The notes under the pieces: model-generated
The model's database searches: none
Told to the model about the DNA's origin: nothing
Seen by the model: only the letters and a program-made list of their open reading frames with translations
Shown: positions 29,891-39,361 of the stretch, piece after piece
Numbering within the stretch: the stretch's first letter is position 1
How the letters are laid out: each line of letters begins with the position of its first letter
Position numbers and translations under genes: made by a program
Source: Alkalispirochaeta sp.
GTDB taxonomy: Bacteria > Spirochaetota > Spirochaetia > DSM-27196 > Alkalispirochaetaceae
NCBI GenBank assembly: GCA_965242725.1
Contig: CBDESZ010000025.1
Span: 192,001-256,000, forward strand
DNA: 64,000 nucleotides
Reading direction: 5' to 3'

Positions 29891-31408
29891 ATGAGTGAAG
29901 CGATACTGGAACTACGGAATATTTCCAAATATTTCCCCGGCGTGAAGGCGCTGGATGACGTCCATTTTGACCTGAAAGCCGGCGAAATCCACGGACTGAT
30001 GGGAGAGAACGGCGCGGGTAAATCAACCTTTATCAAGATCATTACCGGTGTCCACGCACCCGATGGTGGTGAGATCTTTCTGGACGGCAAGCCACTGATT
30101 CTTCACAATCCCATCGATGCCCAGAAGGCGGGCATTGCGGCGATTTATCAGCACGTCACCTCCTATCCCGACCTGACGGTGGCGGAAAACATCTTCATGG
30201 GGCACGAGAAGGTTACTCCCTTGACGAGACGTATCGACTGGAGCGCCATGCATGAACACGCGCAGGAGTTGCTGAATCAGCTGGATGCCAACTTCGACTC
30301 CCGGGAACGGATGAACAACCTCTCCGTGGCGCGACAGCAGATCGTGGAAATAGCCAAGGCTCTCTCCACCAACGCACGCATCATCATCATGGACGAACCG
30401 ACGGCCGCACTGACGCAGCATGAAAGTGAAGAATTGTATCGCATTACCGAGTCCCTTCGGGAACAGGGAGTTTCGGTGATCTTTATCTCCCATCGAATGG
30501 AAGATATCTGGCGACTCGCCGATCGGGTGACCGTGTTCCGCGACGGCAGGTATATCGATTCGTGGTCGATTGGCGATGTCGATCAGAATCAGCTCATCGT
30601 GGCGATGGTCGGAAGGGAAATATCCCAGATGTACCCCAAACGATCGGTGCATATCGGGGAGGAGCTGCTGCGGGTGGAGCATCTCTCCCGCACGGGATTC
30701 TTCCGGGACGTCTCCTTTCAACTGCGGGAAGGAGAGATTCTTGCCCTCACGGGACTCGTGGGAGCGGGGAGGACGGAGGTGTGCGAGACCCTTTACGGCG
30801 TCGATCCCTGGGACGAGGGGGCGGTCATCCTGAAGGGTGAAGAGATACGGCCGCAGTCGCCCATGCACGCCCTCGATCTGGGTATCGGCTATTTACCGGA
30901 GGACCGGCAGATACAGGGGCTCGTTCTTGAATGGGCGATCGCCCACAACATTTCCCTCCCTTCCCTGAACCGGTTTGCCCGGGGAGGGTGGATTCAGCGG
31001 CAGAAAGAGGAAAGCGCCTCAGGTGATCTGGCGCGGAAACTCAACGTGAAGGCGAAGACGATCTTCACCGCCGCGTCGGCCCTGTCCGGGGGGAATCAGC
31101 AGAAAGTGGTTGTCGCCAAGATCCTCGGCCGCTCCCTCAAGGTCATTATTCTCGACGAGCCGACCAAAGGCGTCGATGTCGCCGCCAAGGCGGCAATTTG
31201 CGAGATCATCGGTGAGCTGGCGGAGCAGGGATACGGAATCATTCTCGTCTCATCGGAAATGCCGGAAGTGCTGGGAATGAGTGACCGCATTGTCGTCATG
31301 AAGGAGGGGCGTGTTACCGCTCAAATGGTTACAAAGGAAACGACCCAGGAAGAGATCCTGAACGCCGCCATGGTTGTCCAGACACCCAAATCCGAGGTTT
31401 CTCTATGA
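29891..31408 (+). CDS. Sugar (rhamnose) ABC transporter ATP-binding protein
   Basis: GENGAGKST, DEPT twice, LSGGNQQK. Confidence 0.95.
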   Translation: MSEAILELRNISKYFPGVKALDDVHFDLKAGEIHGLMGENGAGKSTFIKIITGVHAPDGGEIFLDGKPLILHNPIDAQKAGIAAIYQHVTSYPDLTVAENIFMGHEKVTPLTRRIDWSAMHEHAQELLNQLDANFDSRERMNNLSVARQQIVEIAKALSTNARIIIMDEPTAALTQHESEELYRITESLREQGVSVIFISHRMEDIWRLADRVTVFRDGRYIDSWSIGDVDQNQLIVAMVGREISQMYPKRSVHIGEELLRVEHLSRTGFFRDVSFQLREGEILALTGLVGAGRTEVCETLYGVDPWDEGAVILKGEEIRPQSPMHALDLGIGYLPEDRQIQGLVLEWAIAHNISLPSLNRFARGGWIQRQKEESASGDLARKLNVKAKTIFTAASALSGGNQQKVVVAKILGRSLKVIILDEPTKGVDVAAKAAICEIIGELAEQGYGIILVSSEMPEVLGMSDRIVVMKEGRVTAQMVTKETTQEEILNAAMVVQTPKSEVSL

Positions 31409-32397
31409 AAGTAAAGACGAAGATTGCCCTCAGCGAGAACACCCGGGAACTGGGGTTGCTCATATTTATCATCGTGATCAGCGTGGCGATACAGCTGAGA
31501 AACCCGGCGTTTCTGACGCTGAGCAATATCAATTCCCTCCTGACCAATACCGCGATACTGGGAATTCTTGCCGTGGGGATGATGCTCGTCCTTGTTACCC
31601 GGGGAATCGATCTCTCCGTGGGCTCCATAATCGCCTTTTCAGGAATGGTTACCGCCCTGACGGTGAGTCGTTTTCCCGGGCTCCCGCCCCTTGCGGCAAT
31701 AGCCCTCGGGGCGGTTATCGGCATGGTCATAGGAACGCTTACCGGGGTGCTCGTCGCCCGTTTTGACGTGCTTCCCGTCATTGCCACGCTCGGCATGATG
31801 AACGTCATCCGGGGGCTTACCTTTGTCGTCTCCGGGGGAAGGTGGGTCAGTTCCTATCAGATGTCCACATCCTTCAAGGCGATCGCAACGGGGCGCTTTC
31901 TGGGGGTGAATAATCTCATCATGATCGCCGTCGCGGTGTACGTCGTAGCGGGGTATTTCGTAAACCATACCCGGACGGGACGGCGTATTTACGCGGTCGG
32001 GTCCAACCCCATGGCGGCGGAAGTATCGGGGATTCCCAAGCGCCGGCTGATCATGTCGGTATACGCCATCATGGGCGCCCTTTCCGGACTCGCCGGCGTC
32101 CTGTGGGTGGCGAAGTTCGCCTCCGCCCAGGGTGATACGGCGATGGGCTATGAGTTGCAGGTCATTGCGGCGTGTATCCTTGGTGGAGTGAGTATCAACG
32201 GAGGCGTCGGACGGCTCACCGGCCTCATTCTCGGAACGATCATGCTGGGAATCATCGCCAACGCACTGCCCCTCATCAACGTCTCGCCCTTCTGGCAGCA
32301 GGGTATTCAGGGCGTGGTCGTTCTTGGTGCGGTCATTACCAACGCCCTGGTCCGCCGCAATACGGAACGTACCGCGTTGCGCCGGCGGGCCATATAA
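31405..32397 (+). CDS. Sugar ABC transporter permease
   Basis: IDLSVG, GRRIYAVG, ELQVIAACILGG. Confidence 0.93.
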   Translation: MKVKTKIALSENTRELGLLIFIIVISVAIQLRNPAFLTLSNINSLLTNTAILGILAVGMMLVLVTRGIDLSVGSIIAFSGMVTALTVSRFPGLPPLAAIALGAVIGMVIGTLTGVLVARFDVLPVIATLGMMNVIRGLTFVVSGGRWVSSYQMSTSFKAIATGRFLGVNNLIMIAVAVYVVAGYFVNHTRTGRRIYAVGSNPMAAEVSGIPKRRLIMSVYAIMGALSGLAGVLWVAKFASAQGDTAMGYELQVIAACILGGVSINGGVGRLTGLILGTIMLGIIANALPLINVSPFWQQGIQGVVVLGAVITNALVRRNTERTALRRRAI

Positions 32398-32409
32398 ATG
32401 GGAGTATCT

Positions 32410-33414
32410 ATGGGTGATAGAAATGTACAACCCCTTACCATAAGCGACGAGCGGAACTGGAGCTGGAGGGAGTTCTTCTTCCAGTGGGAGTGGCTTCTCG
32501 GGGGAGTGCTCCTCCTCGTAATCGTCGTCAATTCGATGATCTCTCCGTATTTTCTGAATCTCGGGACGTTTATTCGCACTCCCGCAACCTTTCTGGACAA
32601 GGGATTCATCGTTCTTTCCATGATGTACGTGCTGATACTCGGAAAGATCGATATCTCCGTCGCCTCGACGGTTGCCCTGTCGGCGGTCATCATGGCCGTC
32701 TCCTACAACGCGGGAATACCCATGCCGTTGGCGATGGCGCTGTGTCTCCTCGTCGGTACCGTAGGAGGCGCGATCAACGGACTTCTTCTCATCAAGTTCA
32801 AGGAGCTGTCTTTCGTCATCGTCACCCTCTCGACGATGATCATCTACCGGGGAATCGCCTACATCATCCTGGGCGATCAGGCGGCGGGCGGGTTTCCCGA
32901 GTGGTTCAGTTTCTTCGGCTGGGGCGAGATAGGCGGTGTCCCCTTTATTCTTATCGCCTTTATCATCGCCGCCGTCGCATACGGGTTGCTTCTTCACAAG
33001 ACGACTTACGGCCGTTCCGTATTTGGTATGGGCTATAACGCGACGGCTGCACGCTATTCCGGGGTGAATACCGACAGGATCGTATTCTGGGTCTTTACCC
33101 TGAACGGCGTCATGTCGGCGATCACGGCGATTTTTCTCTCCTCCCGTATGGGCAGCACCCGACCCAATGTTGCCACGGGGTACGAGCTGGAAGTGATCGC
33201 AATGGTCGCTCTGGGCGGGGTGAGTACCAGCGGCGGTATCGGCCGTATCGGCGGTCCCGTCCTGGCGATATTCATAATCGGATTCCTGAGTTACGGAATG
33301 GGGCTGGCAAATCTGCAGGCACCGGTTGTACTGGTCGTCATCGGTTTGCTGCTTATCGTATCGGTGCTGGCGCACCGCATTCGATTCGGAACGAAGAAAA
33401 AAACGGCCATGTAG
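32410..33414 (+). CDS. Sugar ABC transporter permease
   Basis: IDISV, YGRSVFGMG, ELEVIAMVALGG. Confidence 0.93.
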   Translation: MGDRNVQPLTISDERNWSWREFFFQWEWLLGGVLLLVIVVNSMISPYFLNLGTFIRTPATFLDKGFIVLSMMYVLILGKIDISVASTVALSAVIMAVSYNAGIPMPLAMALCLLVGTVGGAINGLLLIKFKELSFVIVTLSTMIIYRGIAYIILGDQAAGGFPEWFSFFGWGEIGGVPFILIAFIIAAVAYGLLLHKTTYGRSVFGMGYNATAARYSGVNTDRIVFWVFTLNGVMSAITAIFLSSRMGSTRPNVATGYELEVIAMVALGGVSTSGGIGRIGGPVLAIFIIGFLSYGMGLANLQAPVVLVVIGLLLIVSVLAHRIRFGTKKKTAM

Positions 33415-33453
33415 CGTTGCTACGAAGGCCGAAAAAAAACAGGAGGTGTGGGT

Positions 33454-34494
33454 ATGAGAAAGTTTACGATCTCCCTAATCATCGTAGTGCTGATGTTCGG
33501 CATGGTTACCGTCGTCTTTGCCGGCGGACAACGCGAAGCCGCGGGACAGGAAGAGGGACAACGCCACGCGTTTGTCTTCAAGAACACCGGAAATCCCTAC
33601 GGTGAAAAACAAATGGATGGATTTCGGGAAGGTATCGAAGAGCAGGGATATGAGGCGATCCTGCGCGCACCTGATCAGCCGACCGCTGAGGCGCAGATCC
33701 AGATCATCGAACAGCTGATCGCTCAGCGGGTTTCGTCGATCGTCATTACCGGTAACGATTTTGACGCACTGACGCCGGCTCTCGATCGGGCAATGAACGA
33801 AGGAATCGCGGTTCTCTCCGCGGACTCCGCCGTGAATCCCGCCGCGCGAATGACGCACATCAATCAGGCGGACTCGGAAATGATCGGACGCACCCTCATT
33901 CAGGCTGCCTACGACATGGCCGACGGCGCCGGTGACATCGCCATTCTCTCGGCCACAAGTCAAGCTTCAAATCAGAATCTGTGGATTGAGTGGATGCGCA
34001 CCGAGCTGGAAGAGAATCCCGACAAGTACGCCGATCTCAACCTCGTTCGCGTTGCCTACGGTGACGACCTTCGGGACAAGTCGGTAAGTGAGACGGAAGG
34101 CCTCTTGCAGAGCTTCCCCAACCTGGAAGTGATCATTGCGCCGACCACCGTCGGTATCGCCGCAGCGGGACGTGTCATTACCGACCGCGATCTGATCGGT
34201 GAAGTATACGTGACGGGACTCGGGCTTCCCTCGGAAATGGCGGAGTACATCGAAAACGGTGCATGCCCCTATATGTTCCTCTGGAATCCCATTGACGTCG
34301 GTTACCTTTCCGCATACGCCGCAACGGCGATGGTTGACGGTGACATCACCGGTGCCGCCGGTGAAACCTTCTCCGCAGGCCGTCTCGGTGAGTTTGAGAT
34401 CGTCGAAGCCGGTGACGGTGGCACGGAAGTTCTTCTGGGAGCTCCCTTCCGCTTTGATCCCGACAACATTGACGAGTGGAAAACCGTTTACTAA
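33454..34494 (+). CDS. rhaS: Rhamnose ABC transporter substrate-binding protein
   Basis: Signal peptide, KNTGNPY, NQNLWI, APTTVGI, LWNPIDVGY; operon context. Confidence 0.88.
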   Translation: MRKFTISLIIVVLMFGMVTVVFAGGQREAAGQEEGQRHAFVFKNTGNPYGEKQMDGFREGIEEQGYEAILRAPDQPTAEAQIQIIEQLIAQRVSSIVITGNDFDALTPALDRAMNEGIAVLSADSAVNPAARMTHINQADSEMIGRTLIQAAYDMADGAGDIAILSATSQASNQNLWIEWMRTELEENPDKYADLNLVRVAYGDDLRDKSVSETEGLLQSFPNLEVIIAPTTVGIAAAGRVITDRDLIGEVYVTGLGLPSEMAEYIENGACPYMFLWNPIDVGYLSAYAATAMVDGDITGAAGETFSAGRLGEFEIVEAGDGGTEVLLGAPFRFDPDNIDEWKTVY

Positions 34495-34503
34495 TGTGAA
34501 TGG

Positions 34504-34537
34504 TCGGCCTTCCCGCGCGGCGGGAAGGCCGATCTTT
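34504..34537 (+). terminator. Intra-operon stem-loop after the SBP gene (stabiliser or partial terminator)
   Basis: 13-bp stem TCGGCCTTCCCGC/GCGGGAAGGCCGA followed by TCTTT. Confidence 0.6.
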
Positions 34538-34562
34538 GTGCTGCGAGGGAGGAGAGCATTCT

Positions 34563-35840
34563 ATGTATCCAGAACCGTCCGTCCATAATGTTGAAAGAGC
34601 CTATGAATCCGCGAGGGAACGGTATGCCGGAATCGGAGTCGATACCGATGTCGCACTGCGGAAATTGTCGGATATCCATATATCCATCAATTGCTGGCAG
34701 GCGGACGATGTAGGCGGCTTTGAGGGTGCCGGGGAGATTACCGGCGGTGGTATCATGGCCACCGGTGAATTCCCGGGCAAGGCGCGCAATCCGGATGAAC
34801 TTCGGAACGACTTTGAAGTTGCCTATTCATTCATACCTGGATCCCACCGATTCAACCTGCATGCCAGTTATCTTGAAAGCGGTGGATCGAAGGTCGACCG
34901 TAACGAGATAGAACCGCGACATTTTGCCGGCTGGGTCCAATGGGCGCGGAAGCTCGGCGTTCCCCTCGACTTCAATCCGACCTATTTTTCCCATCCTCTT
35001 GCGGATGGCGGGTTTACCCTCGCCAGCAAGGACAAACGGATACGGGAGTTCTGGATCGATCACGGGAAACGGTCGCGGGAAATCGCCGCATTTTTCGGAC
35101 GGGAGCTGGGAAGTCCGGCGCTCAACAATTTCTGGATGCCCGACGGGTACAAGGACGAGCCGGCGGACCGGCTTCGCCACAGGGAGCTCATGATTGAGTC
35201 ACTGGACGCGATTTTTGCGAAGGAGTATCCGGAATCGGAAACGATTGATGCGGTGGAGAGCAAGCTCTTCGGCATCGGCTCTGAATCCTACGTCGTGGGC
35301 TCCCACGATTTCTACGTTGCCTATGCGCTGTCGAGAAAGAAACTCCTCACCATGGACGCCGGTCATTACCATCCGACCGAGTCCATTGCCGAAAAGATTA
35401 CCGCTCTGCTTCCCTTCACGGGGCGTCTCATGCTTCACCTCTCCCGGCCGGTCAGGTGGGACAGCGATCATGTGGTCATCCTGGACGATCAGACGAAGGC
35501 GATTTTCCGGGAAATCAAACGGGCCGACGCCTTTGAAAAGGTCTATCTGGCGGTGGATTTCTTTGACGGAAGCATAAACAGACTTGCCGCCTGGGTGATC
35601 GGCCTGCGCTCCGCCCAGAAGGCGGCTCTGACGGCGCTCCTTGAGCCGACGGCGCAGCTTGTACAGGCGGAGGAAGCGGGTGATTTCACCACACGTCTCG
35701 CCCTCGCGGAGGAGACGCGCTCCATGCCGTTCGGCGCGGTGTGGGAAAAGTTCTGTCTCGATAACGACGTCCCCGTCGGCCCGGCGTGGATCGAGGATAT
35801 CAGGAAATACCAAAAAGACACGCTTGAAAAACGGAATTGA
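34563..35840 (+). CDS. rhaA: L-rhamnose isomerase
   Basis: CWQADDV.GFE, DFNPTYFSH, ESKLFGIGSESY, DAGHYHPTE, RWDSDH, DFFD. Confidence 0.95.
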   Translation: MYPEPSVHNVERAYESARERYAGIGVDTDVALRKLSDIHISINCWQADDVGGFEGAGEITGGGIMATGEFPGKARNPDELRNDFEVAYSFIPGSHRFNLHASYLESGGSKVDRNEIEPRHFAGWVQWARKLGVPLDFNPTYFSHPLADGGFTLASKDKRIREFWIDHGKRSREIAAFFGRELGSPALNNFWMPDGYKDEPADRLRHRELMIESLDAIFAKEYPESETIDAVESKLFGIGSESYVVGSHDFYVAYALSRKKLLTMDAGHYHPTESIAEKITALLPFTGRLMLHLSRPVRWDSDHVVILDDQTKAIFREIKRADAFEKVYLAVDFFDGSINRLAAWVIGLRSAQKAALTALLEPTAQLVQAEEAGDFTTRLALAEETRSMPFGAVWEKFCLDNDVPVGPAWIEDIRKYQKDTLEKRN

Positions 35841-35863
35841 CCGCAGGAGAAGAAAGGAAGGAC

Positions 35864-37033
35864 ATGCAACAGAGAGGCAGCGGAATCGGGGCGGGGCTGA
35901 CATCCATTATCGGCCTTTCCCGCTACTACGGACGGGATCCCAACTGGGTCATCGCCGGAGGGGGAAACTCCTCGTGGAAGGACAAGACAAGCCTCTGGGT
36001 AAAGGCGTCGGGGACATCCCTCGCCGCAGCGTCGGCGGAGACATTTGTTGAAATCGACCGGGCGCAGCTTGCATCGCTGTGGGACAAGGACTATCCGACT
36101 GATCCGGAACTCCGCGAACGGCAGGCCCTCGACGATCTCATGGCGACGCGATATGCGGGGCAGTCGCTGCGTCCAAGTGTTGAAACGGGTATGCATGATG
36201 TGCTGCCGCAGGCTTTTGTCTTTCACAGCCATCCGACCCTGGTCAACGCCGTCACGTGCAGTGTTGAGGGCGAAGAACGGGCGCGACAGCTTTTTGTTGA
36301 CGAACTTTTTGGCCCGGAGATCGTCTGGATTCCCTCGATCAATCCGGGCTACGTATTGAGTAAACGAATTCTCGATGAGGTGGCGAGCTATCGCGACACC
36401 TACAAGACGAATCCCCGGATGATTCTGCTGCAGAACCACGGACTCACCGTTGCCGCGGAGTCGCCGGAAGAGATCCATCGAATGCACAGCCGGTGCACGG
36501 AGTTACTTCTCCGGGAGGTCCGCACCATTCCCGACGTCGGCGCCGTGGACGCCGATCTCCATGTTGCGGCCGGAGTGATCCGCGCTATCGGCGACGCCCG
36601 CGTGGCGGAAGGCGCAACTGACAAGGAGACGGTGGTGCTTTTTGAAGCCAACGCTGAAGCGCTCTCCCGGGGCCGGAGCCGCGCTTCAATGGAGCCGTTG
36701 TCCACGCCCTTTTCGCCTGATCACATCGTGTACGCCGGTCACACACCCCTCTATGTGGAGGAGCCGTCGGATGTGGAGGAACGATATACCTCCTTTGTTC
36801 GTTCCGAAGGTACCCATCCGAAGATCGTGGTCGTCAGGAATCTCGGCTTTTTCGCGGTCGGCGCCAATCGCAAATCCGCCGAGGCGGCACGTATGCTCTT
36901 CCGGGACGCACTGCAGATTGCCCGCTACGCCGAAAATTTCGGCGGCTCCCGGGGGATGGAGCGGGGAGAAATAGACTTTATTCGAAACTGGGAGGTCGAG
37001 CGCTTTCGCGCCCAGGTAAGTCTACAGGAGTAA
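35864..37033 (+). CDS. Class II aldolase/adducin family protein (probable rhamnulose-1-phosphate aldolase)
   Basis: GGGNSSWK, KASG, RPSVET.MH, HSHP, QNHG, PDHIVY. Confidence 0.8.
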   Translation: MQQRGSGIGAGLTSIIGLSRYYGRDPNWVIAGGGNSSWKDKTSLWVKASGTSLAAASAETFVEIDRAQLASLWDKDYPTDPELRERQALDDLMATRYAGQSLRPSVETGMHDVLPQAFVFHSHPTLVNAVTCSVEGEERARQLFVDELFGPEIVWIPSINPGYVLSKRILDEVASYRDTYKTNPRMILLQNHGLTVAAESPEEIHRMHSRCTELLLREVRTIPDVGAVDADLHVAAGVIRAIGDARVAEGATDKETVVLFEANAEALSRGRSRASMEPLSTPFSPDHIVYAGHTPLYVEEPSDVEERYTSFVRSEGTHPKIVVVRNLGFFAVGANRKSAEAARMLFRDALQIARYAENFGGSRGMERGEIDFIRNWEVERFRAQVSLQE

Positions 37034-37068
37034 AAAAAAAAAGGCCCGGAGAGTTTCGCTCTCCGGGC
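37032..37068 (-). terminator. Rho-independent terminator of trpB2
   Basis: 10-bp stem GCCCGGAGAG/CTCTCCGGGC plus A11 (U-tail on minus strand). Confidence 0.88.
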
Positions 37069-37076
37069 AATCTGCC

Positions 37077-38438
37077 CTATTCCTTGACGCCCGGCAATCC
37101 CGCCAACGCCATTGCAATTTCACTTTCCGGATATTCATATGCCTGCAGTTTCCCCGCCATGAAGTCCAGATAGCTTTGCATGTCAAAGTGTCCGTGACCG
37201 CACAGATTGAAGAGGATCGTCTTTGAGACTCCCTCCTCCTTTGCCCGGAGCGCCTCTGCGATGGCACCGGCCACGGCGTGGTTGGCTTCAGGAGCGGGAA
37301 TGATTCCCTCGGCCTTTGCAAACTGGATGCCCGCACTGAACGTCTCAATCTGGTCGAAGTTTGTCGCCTCGATGATTCCCGTGTGGTGGAGGTGACTCAC
37401 CAGCGGGGACATCCCGTGATACCGCAATCCGCCGGCGTGTATGGACGGTGGGATGAAGGTGCTGCCCAGGGTGTGCATCTTCAGCAGCGGTGTCAAATGG
37501 GCGGTATCGCCGTAATCATAGGCAAAAGAACCTTTTGTGAGACTGGGGCACGCCGAAGGCTCGACGGCGACGACGCGAACATCCCGCTCGCCGCGCACTC
37601 TCTTTCCGATGAAGGGAAATGATATCCCCGCAAAATTGCTGCCACCGCCCGTTGCACCGACGATGACGTCGGGATAATCCTGTGCCAGTTCCATCTGCTC
37701 CAGCGCTTCAAGGCCGATGACCGACTGGTGAATCATGACGTGATTGAGGACGCTTCCGAGGGCGTAGTGGGTTCCCGGATGTTTGACCGCCATTTCCACC
37801 GCCTCGGAAATGGCGATACCGAGACTGCCTGGAGAGTCCGGTGCGTCCGCGAGTATTGCCTTTCCGGCGTCGGTCTTCTCACTTGGGCTGGGGGTAACCG
37901 TGGCGCCGAAGGTTTCCATCATGCCCCGGCGATACGGTTTGAGGTCGTAACTTGCCCTGACCATATACACTTCCACTTCGACACCGAGAAGCGCGCCTGC
38001 CATTGCGAGAGAACTGCCCCACTGTCCCGCCCCCGTTTCGGTGGTGAGACGCTGAATTCCTTCAGCCTTGTTGTAAAAGACCTGAGGAACGGCGGTGTTC
38101 GGCTTATGGGAGCCCGTGGGGCTCACTCCTTCATATTTGTAATATATCCGTGCCGGTGTATCGAGCACCTTTTCCAGCTGTCGTGCCCGAAAGAGAGGTG
38201 TGGGACGCCACTGGCGGTATATCTCCCGTACTTCCCCGGGAATTTCGATTTCCCGTTCCCGACTCACTTCCTGCATGATCAGTGCCATGGGAAACAGCGG
38301 CGCCAGATCATCCGGTCCGAGAGGCTGGTGGGTTCCCGGATGGCGTGCCGGTGCCGGCGGATCGGGAAGATCGGCCTGAATGTTGTACCAGTTTTCGGGG
38401 ATACGCTCTTCCGACAGGGTGAATTTTACATTGCTCAT
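37077..38438 (-). CDS. trpB2: TrpB2-type tryptophan synthase beta-like PLP enzyme
   Basis: GSHKPNTA, TETGAGQWG, LGSVLNHV, GGGSNF, HAGGLRYHG, LCGHG. Confidence 0.93.
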   Translation of the reverse strand: MSNVKFTLSEERIPENWYNIQADLPDPPAPARHPGTHQPLGPDDLAPLFPMALIMQEVSREREIEIPGEVREIYRQWRPTPLFRARQLEKVLDTPARIYYKYEGVSPTGSHKPNTAVPQVFYNKAEGIQRLTTETGAGQWGSSLAMAGALLGVEVEVYMVRASYDLKPYRRGMMETFGATVTPSPSEKTDAGKAILADAPDSPGSLGIAISEAVEMAVKHPGTHYALGSVLNHVMIHQSVIGLEALEQMELAQDYPDVIVGATGGGSNFAGISFPFIGKRVRGERDVRVVAVEPSACPSLTKGSFAYDYGDTAHLTPLLKMHTLGSTFIPPSIHAGGLRYHGMSPLVSHLHHTGIIEATNFDQIETFSAGIQFAKAEGIIPAPEANHAVAGAIAEALRAKEEGVSKTILFNLCGHGHFDMQSYLDFMAGKLQAYEYPESEIAMALAGLPGVKE

Positions 38439-38524
38439 CCCATTCCTCCTTGTATGCAAAAATATACCGGTTGAACGCAATATTATGCAATGACGGAGGG
38501 CAGGATTGTCAGTATCTTGTCAAT

Positions 38525-38914
38525 ATGAAAACCACGCATTTATTGTCGATCATCTTTGTGTTCGTCGCAGCCGGCTGGATCTATGGACAGTCGGGTGGTG
38601 TACAGGCGCAGAACTCCGATCAATTGAAGGATGTCATCGCCGGGGAGGTGTTCGGTGAGGATTACCTCCTCATCGACGTGCGGACGCCGGAAGAGTTTCA
38701 GGGCGGACTTATTCCGTCGGCGATAAATATCGATTACAGGGTCATCGCCGATCAAATGTCGAAGGTTGACCGGGATACGCCGATCATCGTCTATTGTCGC
38801 ACCGGTCGCAGGAGTCATGCCGCCTTTACGACGCTCCTGGAGATGGGGTTCACCAATGTTTCCGATTTTGGCGGAATCATACACTGGGACGGCGATATCT
38901 TTATTCCGCGATAA
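38525..38914 (+). CDS. Exported rhodanese-like domain protein
   Basis: Signal peptide, IDVRTPEEF, YCRTGRRS, GGIIHW. Confidence 0.9.
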   Translation: MKTTHLLSIIFVFVAAGWIYGQSGGVQAQNSDQLKDVIAGEVFGEDYLLIDVRTPEEFQGGLIPSAINIDYRVIADQMSKVDRDTPIIVYCRTGRRSHAAFTTLLEMGFTNVSDFGGIIHWDGDIFIPR

Positions 38915-39032
38915 CGGATATTTTCGGACGGCGTTGCTCCCGCCCGACCACACCCACCGAGGCGGGAGCGGCTGAGGGCGGCGGAGTGCGCCCCGGCGGA
39001 ACCGGATGGTTCAATATGAATTATTCCGGCGA

Positions 39033-39061
39033 TTGACCCGCGTGTTACTTGGTATTACCAT
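39033..39061 (+). promoter_or_regulatory. Promoter of RHH gene with embedded operator-like box
   Basis: TTGACC-17-TACCAT; box CGTGTTACTTGGTATTACC at 39041-39059. Confidence 0.7.
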
Positions 39062-39067
39062 CAACCA

Positions 39068-39361
39068 ATGTCACATAAGGACGAAATAATCACCTTCAAG
39101 GTTGACGGCGCATTGGCCGAGCAGCTTCGGGTGATTCCCAACCGGTCGGAGTTCATACGGCAGGCGGTTCAGCAGGCGCTGCAGTTTGAGTGTCCCATCT
39201 GTCACGGAAGCGGGACACTCACGGCCAACCAGATGAAACACTGGAAAGCCTTTACCCGTCACCATCACGTCGCGACCTGTGATGTCTGCGGCGAGAGCTA
39301 CCTGGAGTGCGAGGAGCAGGAGCACGACGTTGCGGACGGTGTGCTGCACCCCAGGCAATGA
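39068..39361 (+). CDS. Ribbon-helix-helix (CopG-like) regulator with Cys/His-rich C-terminal domain
   Basis: IITFKVD...IPNRSEFIRQAV; CPICHG, HHH, CDVC, additional Cys. Confidence 0.8.
   Translation: MSHKDEIITFKVDGALAEQLRVIPNRSEFIRQAVQQALQFECPICHGSGTLTANQMKHWKAFTRHHHVATCDVCGESYLECEEQEHDVADGVLHPRQ

Noticed and set aside
31639..33375. 578-aa minus-strand ORF
   Set aside because: Antisense shadow of the two ABC permeases
37032..37042. A11 homopolymer as a phase-variation tract
   Set aside because: Lies at and after a stop codon and is explained as the terminator U-tail
38936..38969. GC-rich hairpin after the rhodanese gene as a REP/MITE
   Set aside because: Single copy in the window; more likely a weak terminator
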